DNA of 36,057 nucleotides from a virus (Duplodnaviria; Heunggongvirae; Uroviricota; Caudoviricetes): IMG/VR virus record IMGVR_UViG_2541047846_000002, positions 1 to 36,057 of that record; one strand, 5' to 3'. Shown piece by piece: positions 27,808 to 36,057 of this stretch (position 1 is its first letter; each line of letters starts with the position of its first letter). The notes under the pieces were generated by a model. It saw only the letters and a program-made list of their open reading frames with translations, ran no database searches and was not told where the DNA came from. The position numbers and the translations under genes were made by a program.

Positions 27808-28110
27808 ATGAGCGATAAGCAGACTGAAAAGACCATTCAACTGGATACCCCCATCAAGCGCGGTAAAACAGAAATCACCGAAATTGTGCTGCGTAAACCG
27901 CAGTCCGGTGCGCTGCGCGGTACACGCCTGCAGGCCATTATGGATATGGATGTAAACGCGATGATGACCGTGATCCCCCGCATCTCCAGTCCGGCACTGA
28001 CTGCACAGGAAATTGCAGAGATGGACCCGGCAGATCTCACTGCCATGTCGGTTGAGGTTGTCACTTTTTTGTTGAAGAAGTCGGTGCTTGCCGGTTTACC
28101 GACAGCCTGA
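27808..28110 (+). CDS. E: Tail assembly chaperone E
   Basis: 100 aa upstream of tape measure; contains slippery heptamer TTTTTTG at 28065-28071. Confidence 0.75.
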   Translation: MSDKQTEKTIQLDTPIKRGKTEITEIVLRKPQSGALRGTRLQAIMDMDVNAMMTVIPRISSPALTAQEIAEMDPADLTAMSVEVVTFLLKKSVLAGLPTA

Positions 28111-28244
28111 CGGTTGACGATCTGGTGGCAGATATCGCCACCATTTTTCACTGGCCGCCATCCGTTACTGACGTTATGCCGCTGACCGAAGTGCTGGAAT
28201 GGCGGTATAAAGCGATTCAGAGAAGCGGGGCCAACGATGAGTGA
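27808..28244 (+). CDS. E+E' fusion produced by programmed -1 ribosomal frameshift at TTTTTTG (28065-28071)
   Basis: The -1 frame is open from the slippery site to TGA at 28242-28244, overlapping the tape-measure start (28237), exactly the P2 E/E' arrangement. Confidence 0.6.
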
Positions 28245-31200
28245 TAACAACCTGCGTCTGCAGGTCATTCTTAATGCGGTTGACAAGCTCACCCGCCCAT
28301 TTCGATCTGCGCAGGCCAGTTCAAGAGAACTGGCTGCTGCTGTCAAAAAATCCCGCGATGCAATAAAGCAGCTTGATCAGGCCGGGAGCAGTCTGGACAG
28401 CTTCCGAAAGCTGCAGGCAGAAAATCAGAAATTAGGCGACAGGCTGAACTATGCCCGCCAGCGTGCAAATTTGCTCAGTCAGGAACTGGGAGCGATGGGG
28501 CCGCCTTCGCAACGTCAGGTTGTTGCTCTGGGCCGTCAACGGCTGGCTGTTCAGCGCCTGGAAGAACGCCAGAAAAAGCTGCAGCAGCAGACGGCGCTTG
28601 TGCGTGCTGAACTGTACCGGGCGGGAATTTCTGCGAAAGACGATGCGGGAGCAACTGCCCGTTTAGCCCGTGAAACATCACGTTATAACCAGGAACTTTC
28701 GAAACAGGAGGCGCGGCTGAAGCGACTGGGGGAAGCTCAGCGCAGGATGAATGCAGCGCGTGCCAGTTATGCCCGTTCGCTGGAGGTGCGTGATCGTATT
28801 GCAGGTGCCGGAGCCACCACCACGGCTGCAGGGCTGGCAATGGGTGCGCCAGTGATGGCGGCAGTAAAAAGCTATACCAGCATGGAAGATGCCATGAAAG
28901 GTGTGGCAAAGCAGGTCAATGGTCTGCGTGACGATAATGGCAACCGCACTGCACGTTTTTATGAAATGCAGGATGCCATCAAGGCTGCCAGCGAACAGTT
29001 GCCGATGGAAAACGGTGCGGTGGACTTCGCTGCACTGGTTGAAGGTGGTGCGCGCATGAACGTCGCAAACCCTGACGACAGCTGGGAAGATCAGAAACGT
29101 GACCTGCTGGCCTTCGCCAGTACGGCAGCAAAGGCGGCAACAGCCTTTGAGCTGCCAGCGGATGAACTGTCAGAAAGTCTGGGGAAAATCGCCCAGCTCT
29201 ACAAAATCCCCACCCGCAATATTGAACAGCTCGGTGATGCGCTGAACTATCTGGATGATAACGCCATGTCGAAAGGGGCAGACATCATTGATGTGATGCA
29301 ACGTCTGGGCGGTGTGGCTGACCGTCTGGATTATCGTAAAGCGGCGGCGCTGGGTTCCACCTTCCTGACACTGGGCGCTGCGCCAGAGGTTGCAGCCAGT
29401 GCAGCAAACGCGATGGTGCGTGAATTGTCCATTGCCACCATGCAAAGCAAGAGTTTCTTTGAAGGGATGAATCTGCTGAAACTCAATCCTGAAGTGATTG
29501 AAAAGCAGATGACGAAGGATGCGATGGGAACCATCCAGCGCGTGCTGGAGAAGGTAAACGCGCTGCCGCAGGACAAGCGCCTGTCTGCCATGACTATGTT
29601 GTTTGGTAAAGAGTTTGGCGATGACGCGGCGAAACTGGCAAACAACCTGCCGGAACTGCAGCGTCAGTTAAAACTGACAGCGGGCAATGATGCGCTCGGC
29701 TCCATGCAGAAAGAATCCGACATTAACAAGGATTCACTTTCTGCGCAGTGGTTGCTGGTCAAAACCGGAGCGCAGAACACCTTCAGCAGCCTGGGCGAAA
29801 CGCTGCGCCAGCCGCTGATGGATATTCTGTACACGGTGAAAAGCGTCACGGGGGCGTTGCGTCGCTGGGTGGAAGCTAACCCGGAACTGACAGGCACACT
29901 GATGAAAGCATCGGCTGTTGTGGCTGCGGTTACCGTCGGCCTCGGCACCTTAGCGGTGGCGCTGGCTGCAGTGCTGGGGCCGCTGGCAGTGATCCGTCTG
30001 GGATTCTCTGTGTTGGGTATCAAAACGTTATCTTCCGTTACGGCAGCAGTAACTCGAACCAGCAGCGCGTTGTCCTGGCTGGCTGGCGCACCACTTGCAC
30101 TGCTGCGACGCGGGCTTGCTTCATCGGGTAACGCAGCGGGTTTACTTACTGCGCCGTTGTCGTCTTTGCGCCGCACGGCATCACTGACAGGAAATGTCCT
30201 GAAAACTGTAGCAGGTGCGCCGGTTGCACTGTTCCGGTCTGGATTATCCGGTTTACGTGCTGTTGCTGTGATGTTTCTGAATCCACTTGCAGCACTACGC
30301 GGCGGGCTGACTGCCGCAGGCTCGGTGCTGCGAGTGCTGGCATCCGGTCCGCTGGCGATGCTGCGCGTTATCCTGTATGCCGTGTCTGGTCTGTTAGGTG
30401 CTCTGCTCAGCCCGATAGGTCTTGTGGTGACTGCACTGGCGGGCGTGGCGCTGGTTGTCTGGAAATACTGGCAACCCATCACCGCATTTCTCGGTGGCGT
30501 GGTGGAAGGATTCAAAGCGGCGGCAGGTCCCATCAGTGCAGCGTTCGAACCGCTTAAGCCCGTGTTCCAGTGGATTGGCGACAAAGTGCAGGCGCTGTGG
30601 GGCTGGTTTACTGATCTGCTGACGCCCGTTAAGTCGACCTCTGCCGAACTGCAGAGCGCAGCGGCAATGGGGCGGCGATTCGGGGAGGCACTGGCGGAAG
30701 GGCTGAATATGGTCATGCATCCGCTGGACTCCCTGAAATCCGGCGTTTCCTGGTTGCTGGAGAAGCTCGGCATTGTCAGTAAAGAGGCCGCAAAGGCAAA
30801 ACTGCCGGAAAGCGTGACGCGTCAGCAACCTGCGACGGTGAATGCAGACGGTAAAGTGATGATGCCATCGGGTGGTTTTCCATCATGGGGATATGGCTTT
30901 GCGGGGATGTATGACAGCGGCGGGTATATCCCGCGCGGGCAGTTTGGCATCGTCGGTGAAAACGGGCCGGAAATTGTTAACGGCCCGGCAAATGTGACCA
31001 GCCGGAGAAATACAGCTGCACTGGCTGCCGTTGTTGCCGGAATGATGGGCGTTGCTGCCGCGCCAGCAGAGCTTCCACCGTTGCACCCTTTGGCACTTCC
31101 CGCGAAAGGTGGAGAAGTAATTGTGAGTCGCGCAGCCACTGTGCCGCTCGTTCAACGGATTGAGGCACCGACGCAGATCATCATTCAGACGCAGCCAGGA

Positions 31201-31314
31201 CAAAGTGCGCAGGATATTGCGCGGGAGGTGGCACGCCAGCTTGATGAACGTGAACGCAGGCTGAAGGCAAAAGCCAGGAGTAACTACAGCGATCAGGGGG
31301 GATACGACGCATGA
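28237..31314 (+). CDS. T: Tail tape measure protein (T)
   Basis: 1025 aa, coiled-coil N-terminal region and Ala/Gly/Leu-rich repetitive central region; position after E/E'. Confidence 0.85.
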   Translation: MSDNNLRLQVILNAVDKLTRPFRSAQASSRELAAAVKKSRDAIKQLDQAGSSLDSFRKLQAENQKLGDRLNYARQRANLLSQELGAMGPPSQRQVVALGRQRLAVQRLEERQKKLQQQTALVRAELYRAGISAKDDAGATARLARETSRYNQELSKQEARLKRLGEAQRRMNAARASYARSLEVRDRIAGAGATTTAAGLAMGAPVMAAVKSYTSMEDAMKGVAKQVNGLRDDNGNRTARFYEMQDAIKAASEQLPMENGAVDFAALVEGGARMNVANPDDSWEDQKRDLLAFASTAAKAATAFELPADELSESLGKIAQLYKIPTRNIEQLGDALNYLDDNAMSKGADIIDVMQRLGGVADRLDYRKAAALGSTFLTLGAAPEVAASAANAMVRELSIATMQSKSFFEGMNLLKLNPEVIEKQMTKDAMGTIQRVLEKVNALPQDKRLSAMTMLFGKEFGDDAAKLANNLPELQRQLKLTAGNDALGSMQKESDINKDSLSAQWLLVKTGAQNTFSSLGETLRQPLMDILYTVKSVTGALRRWVEANPELTGTLMKASAVVAAVTVGLGTLAVALAAVLGPLAVIRLGFSVLGIKTLSSVTAAVTRTSSALSWLAGAPLALLRRGLASSGNAAGLLTAPLSSLRRTASLTGNVLKTVAGAPVALFRSGLSGLRAVAVMFLNPLAALRGGLTAAGSVLRVLASGPLAMLRVILYAVSGLLGALLSPIGLVVTALAGVALVVWKYWQPITAFLGGVVEGFKAAAGPISAAFEPLKPVFQWIGDKVQALWGWFTDLLTPVKSTSAELQSAAAMGRRFGEALAEGLNMVMHPLDSLKSGVSWLLEKLGIVSKEAAKAKLPESVTRQQPATVNADGKVMMPSGGFPSWGYGFAGMYDSGGYIPRGQFGIVGENGPEIVNGPANVTSRRNTAALAAVVAGMMGVAAAPAELPPLHPLALPAKGGEVIVSRAATVPLVQRIEAPTQIIIQTQPGQSAQDIAREVARQLDERERRLKAKARSNYSDQGGYDA

Positions 31315-31796
31315 TGATGGTGCTGGGATTGTACGTGTTTATGCTGCGCACCGTTCCGTATCAGGAACTGCAGTATCAACGCAGCTGGCGACATGCGGCA
31401 AACAGTCGGGTAAACCGACGTCCGTCCACGCAGTTTCTGGGACCGGACAACGACATGCTGACGCTTTCTGGTGTTCTTATGCCGGAGATAACAGGTGGCA
31501 GGCTGTCGTTGCTGGCACTTGAGCAGATGGCAGAACAGGGGAAAGCATGGCCCCTGATTGAAGGCAGCGGCACAATTTATGGCATGTATGTGATTGAGGG
31601 ACTGAATCAGACTAAAACGGAGTTTTTCCGCGACGGTATGCCGCGCCGGATTGAGTTCACTCTGTCGCTCAAACGGGTGGATGAATCCCTGTCCGAGATG
31701 TTCGGTGATCTCCGTTCGCAGCTGAATAATCTGCAGGACACGGCAACGTCTGCCTTAAGCGATATCAGTAAAACGGTGGGAGGGCTGCTGCCGTGA
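31311..31796 (+). CDS. U: Tail protein U
   Basis: 161 aa, ATGA-coupled to T; synteny. Confidence 0.75.
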   Translation: MMMVLGLYVFMLRTVPYQELQYQRSWRHAANSRVNRRPSTQFLGPDNDMLTLSGVLMPEITGGRLSLLALEQMAEQGKAWPLIEGSGTIYGMYVIEGLNQTKTEFFRDGMPRRIEFTLSLKRVDESLSEMFGDLRSQLNNLQDTATSALSDISKTVGGLLP

Positions 31797-32893
31797 ATTT
31801 CAGCTCTGAACTGCTTAACAAAGGCAACAAAACTCCGGCATTCAGCATCAGTATTGAGGGCAGGGATATCACTACTGTGCTGGATAACCGCCTGATGAGT
31901 CTGACGCTGACGGACAATCGGGGCTTTGAAGCAGACCAGCTTGATCTGGAGCTGGACGACGCCGACGGAAAAATCGTGCTGCCGCGCCGTGGTGCGGTCA
32001 TTACGCTGGCGCTGGGTTGGAAGGGGCAGCCGCTTTTCCCTAAAGGGGCATTCACGGTGGACGAGATTGAACATACTGGCGCACCGGACCGCCTGACTAT
32101 CCGGGCGCGAAGTGCTGATTTTCGTGAAACGCTGAATATCCGCCGTGAAAAGTCGTGGCACAAGACCACCGTTGGGGAAGTGGTGAAGGAAATAGCTGCG
32201 CGGCACAAACTGAAGATGGCATTGGGTGAAGACCTGTCGGATAAACCTGTGGAGCATATAGACCAGACCAATGAGAGTGACGGCAGTTTTCTGATGCGGC
32301 TGGCGCGCCAGTACGGTGCTATTGCGTCGGTGAAAAATGGCAATCTGTTATTCATCCGGCAGGGACAGGGTAAAAGCGCCAGCGGTAAACCACTACCGGT
32401 TATCACTATCACACGTAAGGACGGCGACAGTCACCGCTTTACCCTGGCAGATCGCGGAGCCTACACGGGCGTAATTGCCAGCTGGTTGCATACCCGCGAA
32501 CCCGCGAAGAAAGAAAGCACCACGGTGAAGCGTAAGCGCAGGACTAAGAAGCAGAAGAAAGAGCCGGAAGCGAAGCAGGGCGATTACCTGGTGGGTACAG
32601 ATGAAAACGTGCTGGTACTTAATCGCACCTATGCCAACCGGAGCAACGCCGAACGGGCGGCGAAAATGCAGTGGGAACGCCTGCAACGTGGCGTTGCGTC
32701 ATTCTCGCTACAACTGGCAGAAGGTCGGGCGGATCTCTACACGGAAATGCCAGTGAAAGTCAGAGGCTTTAAACAGCCGATAGATGATGCGGAATGGACT
32801 ATTACCACCCTGACGCATACTGTCAATCCGGATAACGGTTTTACGACCAGTCTGGAGCTTGAAGTGAAGATTAATGATTTCGAAATGGAATGA
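31793..32893 (+). CDS. D: Tail protein D (late control gene D family)
   Basis: 366 aa, coupled to U; last structural gene before ogr. Confidence 0.8.
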   Translation: MNFSSELLNKGNKTPAFSISIEGRDITTVLDNRLMSLTLTDNRGFEADQLDLELDDADGKIVLPRRGAVITLALGWKGQPLFPKGAFTVDEIEHTGAPDRLTIRARSADFRETLNIRREKSWHKTTVGEVVKEIAARHKLKMALGEDLSDKPVEHIDQTNESDGSFLMRLARQYGAIASVKNGNLLFIRQGQGKSASGKPLPVITITRKDGDSHRFTLADRGAYTGVIASWLHTREPAKKESTTVKRKRRTKKQKKEPEAKQGDYLVGTDENVLVLNRTYANRSNAERAAKMQWERLQRGVASFSLQLAEGRADLYTEMPVKVRGFKQPIDDAEWTITTLTHTVNPDNGFTTSLELEVKINDFEME

Positions 32894-32983
32894 TTCTTCG
32901 TAATAGAGAACTTTTAAGTTTTCAAAATGGAATAATGCGGTATCATTATTGTGAATTTAGCAAAAATGGGGAGAACTCGAAAA

Positions 32984-33202
32984 ATGATGATTTGCCCACT
33001 GTGTGGAAGTGCCGCCCATACTCGCAGCAGTTTTCAGATATCTTCATTGACCAAAGAGCGTTACAACCAGTGCCAGAACATTAACTGCAGCCATACTTTT
33101 GTTACCCATGAAACTTTTGTTCGTTCGATTGCAACGCCAAAAGAGTCAAATCCGGTTCAGCCGCATCCAATGAAATCAGGACAGGTGGCGCTCTCTCTTT
33201 GA
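32984..33202 (+). CDS. ogr: Ogr/B (Delta)-family zinc-finger late transcription activator
   Basis: 72 aa from ATG 32984; CPLCGSAAHTRSS...TKERYNQCQNINCSHTF matches recalled P2 Ogr (CPLCQHAAHARTS...TKERYHQCQNVNCSATF); ORF-track start at 32951 is upstream. Confidence 0.85.
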   Translation: MMICPLCGSAAHTRSSFQISSLTKERYNQCQNINCSHTFVTHETFVRSIATPKESNPVQPHPMKSGQVALSL

Positions 33203-33282
33203 CTCTGCCGCCAATTTGTCGCCATCGTTAAAAAACAGTGCTTCTAACATCATGATTTTAAACGGCATAAATTTCAGGCAAC

Positions 33283-33325
33283 AAAAAACCCATCAACCTT
33301 GAACCGAAATGGCGGGGTTGATGGG
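33283..33325 (-). terminator. Hairpin with T-run on minus strand downstream of ybjL (CCCATCAACC ... GGTTGATGGG)
   Basis: 10-bp inverted repeat with 17-nt loop preceded on plus strand by AAAAAA. Confidence 0.45.
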
Positions 33326-33437
33326 CTCCACAAAATGGGGACATCAAAGAAAAGCAGTGGCACTAATTAAGACTGATGCCCTGCGGAAAAGTTCTGCGGT
33401 TGTGCAAAAAAATTTCATTTTCAGGGCAACTTCAGTT

Positions 33438-35123
33438 TTATCCTAATCCTGGCCATACCATGACGATGATTGTCCCTGCCAGCGTCAGCAGGACGTTGGC
33501 GATTGCATAGGTGCCCGCATAGCCCAGCGCCGGGATGTTACTGCGAGCTGTATCACTGATGATCTCCATTGCCGGCGCGCAGGTGCGTGCGCCCATCATT
33601 GCGCCGAACAACAGTGCGCGGTTCATTCGCAATACATAAGCACCGAACAAGAAACAGATAACCACTGGCACAAGACTGACAATCAATCCGGCAATCAACA
33701 TCTGACCGCCAATCGCGCCCAGGCCGTTATTAATACCGCTACCGGCGCTCAGACCAACGCCTGCCATAAACACCATTAAGCCGAACTCTTTCACCATGCT
33801 TAATGCACCCTGCGGAATGTAACCGAAGGTCGGGTGGTTAGCGCGCATAAATCCCAGCATAATTCCGGCGAATAACAACCCGGCAGCGTTCCCCATGCCG
33901 AAACTGAATGTGCTGAACTGGAAGGTGATCATCCCGATCATCAGCCCAATAACAAAGAAGGCGCAGAATGCCAGCAAGTCAGTGACCTGGCTGTGAATCG
34001 AGATAAAGCCGATGCGATCGGCGATGGTTTTTACGCGACGGGCATCGCCGCTGACTTGTAAAACGTCACCTTTGTTAAGCACGACGTTGTCATCTATCGG
34101 CATCTCAATCTGGCTACGAATGACGCGGTTAAGGAAGCAACCGTGATCGGTCAACTTCAGTTGTGCGAGACGTTTGCCCACGGCGTTATGGTTTTTAACG
34201 ACCACTTCTTCAGTGACGATACGCATGTCGAGAAGGTCACGATCGAAAACTTCTTTGCCGTTACGGAAGCTGGGATCGAGTCGTGCGTGGGCGTCGGGAT
34301 AGCCTACCAACGCTATTTCATCTCCCATTTGTAGCACAGCATCACCGTCTGGATTCGCCAGAATCCCGTTACGTCGAATACGTTCAATGTAGCAGCCAGT
34401 TTGTCGATAAATACCCAGTTCACGCAGATTTTTGCCGTCGGTCCAGGCCACCAGCTCCGGGCCGACGCGGTAGGCGCGGATCACCGGTAAATAAACCTTA
34501 CGGTTGGCATCAGTGTCCAGGCCACGTTCGCGGGCGATTTGCTGGGCGCTGGTCTGTAAGTCCTGATGCTGCAATTTCGGCAAGTAACGCGCACCAACAA
34601 TCAAACTCACCAGACCGATTAAATAGGTTAAGGCATACCCGAGGCTCAGATTATCCAGTGCCAGTGAGAGCTGCCTGCTTTCCATGCCGGAATGACGCAG
34701 TGTATCGCCAGCACCGACCAGAACCGGTGTCGACGTCATAGAGCCAGCTAACATACCGGCCGTCAGGCCAATATCCCAGCCAAACAGCTTACCTAACCCT
34801 AAGGCGATCACCAGCGCACTGCCAACCATCACCAGTGCTAACATTAGGTAATTTTTCCCATCGCGAAAAAAAATGGAAAAAAAGTTCGGTCCGGCTTCGA
34901 CCCCGACGCAGAAAATAAACAGCATAAAGCCAAGATTAAGCGCGTCGGTGTTAATGCTGAAATGTTGTTGGCCTAATAACAGCGATACGACTAAAACGCC
35001 AATGGAATTACCCAGTTGGATCGAACCAAGTCGTAATTTCCCGAGACATAGCCCAAGCGCGAGGACCACAAATAATAACAGAATGTAATTCCCATTTAAC
35101 AATTCGGCGACGTTTATATTCAC
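33438..35123 (-). CDS. ybjL: Putative transport protein YbjL (AAE/YidE-type transporter with TrkA-C domains)
   Basis: 561 aa multi-pass membrane protein recalled as E. coli YbjL; host chromosome flank. Confidence 0.85.
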
Positions 35124-35392
35124 GGAGGCTAACTTCTTGTTTACTAGTAAGCTGTTGAAAGAAATGGTAATTTACGATAATGTTTTTTACCAGAATTCAG
35201 GGCGCAGATTCATTCAGCGCACCTAAACGATAGTAAAGTAACAATATATTTTACTAGTGTAATCACATTAGGTATCAACGGCTATATGAATTGCGTTGGC
35301 CTATATTAGCATGGAATGCGAAGCGGCTTTATCTTACTGAACGCCACACTGGCGAAAAATGTGTTCGATAGACGCAGTGTCAGGAGGAACGA

Positions 35393-35770
35393 GTGAAACA
35401 TAAACAACGTTGGGCGGGGGCAATCTGCTGTTTTGTCCTCTTCATTGTGGTGTGTCTTTTTCTGGCGACGCACATGAAAGGCGCTTTTCGGGCTGCCGGG
35501 CATCCTGAAATCGGTTTGCTATTTTTCATTCTTCCTGGTGCAGTTGCCAGCTTCTTTTCACATCGTAGAGAAGTCCTGAAACCTCTGTTTGGCGCAATGC
35601 TGGCGGCACCCTGTTCGATGCTCATTATGCGGCTGTTTTTTTCACCGACGCGCTCATTCTGGCAAGAGCTGGCATGGTTATTAAGTGCGGTGTTCTGGTG
35701 TGCGCTGGGGGCATTGTGTTTCTTATTTATCAGTAGTTTGTTTAAACCACAGCACAGAAAAAATCAATAA
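35393..35770 (+). CDS. ybjM: Inner membrane protein YbjM
   Basis: 125 aa, GTG start with AGGAGG RBS; adjacent to grxA as in E. coli K-12. Confidence 0.7.
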   Translation: MKHKQRWAGAICCFVLFIVVCLFLATHMKGAFRAAGHPEIGLLFFILPGAVASFFSHRREVLKPLFGAMLAAPCSMLIMRLFFSPTRSFWQELAWLLSAVFWCALGALCFLFISSLFKPQHRKNQ

Positions 35771-35792
35771 AGCCCTCAACGCGAGGGCTTGT
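35771..35792. terminator. Hairpin terminator between ybjM and grxA (AGCCCTC-AACGC-GAGGGCT-T)
   Basis: 7-bp stem immediately after ybjM stop and grxA stop. Confidence 0.45.
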
Positions 35793-35799
35793 CAGACGA

Positions 35800-36057
35800 T
35801 CAGGCGTCCAGATTCTCTTTCACCCATGCAGCAAAATCGGTATAGCCGCCGATATGTTGCTGATCGACAAAAATCTGCGGCACGGTTTCTACGGGTTTAC
35901 CTGCCTTTTGTTGTAGATCTTCTTTAGTGATCCCTTCCGCACGAATATCTACATACTGATACTGGAAATCATCGCGCTCATTGCTCAATTTCTCGGCCAG
36001 ATCTTTGGCACGCACACAGTAAGGGCAACCCGGACGACCAAAAATAACGGTTTGCAT
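35800..36057 (-). CDS. grxA: Glutaredoxin 1
   Basis: 85 aa with CPYC active site (MQTVIFGRPGCPYCVRAKDLAEKL...), matches recalled E. coli GrxA; start codon is the last three bases of the window. Confidence 0.9.
   Translation of the reverse strand: MQTVIFGRPGCPYCVRAKDLAEKLSNERDDFQYQYVDIRAEGITKEDLQQKAGKPVETVPQIFVDQQHIGGYTDFAAWVKENLDA

Noticed and set aside
26416-27840. Minus-strand ORFs (179 aa, 194 aa) within sheath and tube genes
   Set aside because: Antisense to sheath/tube genes that have canonical position and size.
29664-30773. 369-aa minus-strand ORF inside the tape measure gene (also 30394..30828, 30822..31139, 28475..28909)
   Set aside because: Antisense to a well-supported long structural gene in GC-rich, repetitive DNA; Ser/Ala/Pro/Arg-rich low-complexity translation typical of spurious antisense ORFs.
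31607-32412. Two overlapping minus-strand ORFs (216 and 215 aa) across genes U/D
   Set aside because: Antisense to coupled late genes U and D; Arg/Ser-rich composition; no independent support.
33203-33437. Possible tRNA gene as integration target at the right junction
   Set aside because: I could not recognise a cloverleaf-compatible sequence or conserved T-loop (GTTCRANNC) motif here; the hairpin present is better explained as the ybjL terminator.
1-36057. CRISPR arrays or other long direct-repeat arrays
   Set aside because: No regularly spaced short direct repeats were seen; the only repetitive segments are coding (tail fibre and tape measure repeats).

Overview
The window is almost entirely one complete P2-family prophage of the coliphage 186 type (about 33.2 kb, positions 1 to ~33202), followed by Escherichia-type host genes ybjL, ybjM and grxA. 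The prophage runs integrase -> CI repressor -> Apl/Cox -> CII -> early genes (TraR-like, Dam methylase, replication initiator A) -> LexA-controlled Tum/DinI-like locus -> cos-like site -> portal/terminase -> capsid, lysis, baseplate, tail fibre, sheath/tube, E/E' frameshift, tape measure, U, D -> Ogr/B late activator -> right junction. Gene calls rest on recognisable motifs, P2/186 synteny and sizes; no database search was possible. Three accessory islands stand out against this conserved backbone: (1) a visibly AT-rich two-gene operon between cI and int (400-aa protein plus a 4-helix membrane protein), in a RexAB-like arrangement; (2) a translationally coupled pair between the cos-like site and the portal gene, encoding a truncated HipA/HipT-like kinase and a protein with a HIRAN-like C-terminus; (3) an acyltransferase-3 membrane protein at the Z/fun position, likely a surface-polysaccharide modifier. 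Islands 1 and 2 are the best candidates for undescribed anti-phage or toxin-like systems. No rRNA, tRNA or CRISPR array was seen.
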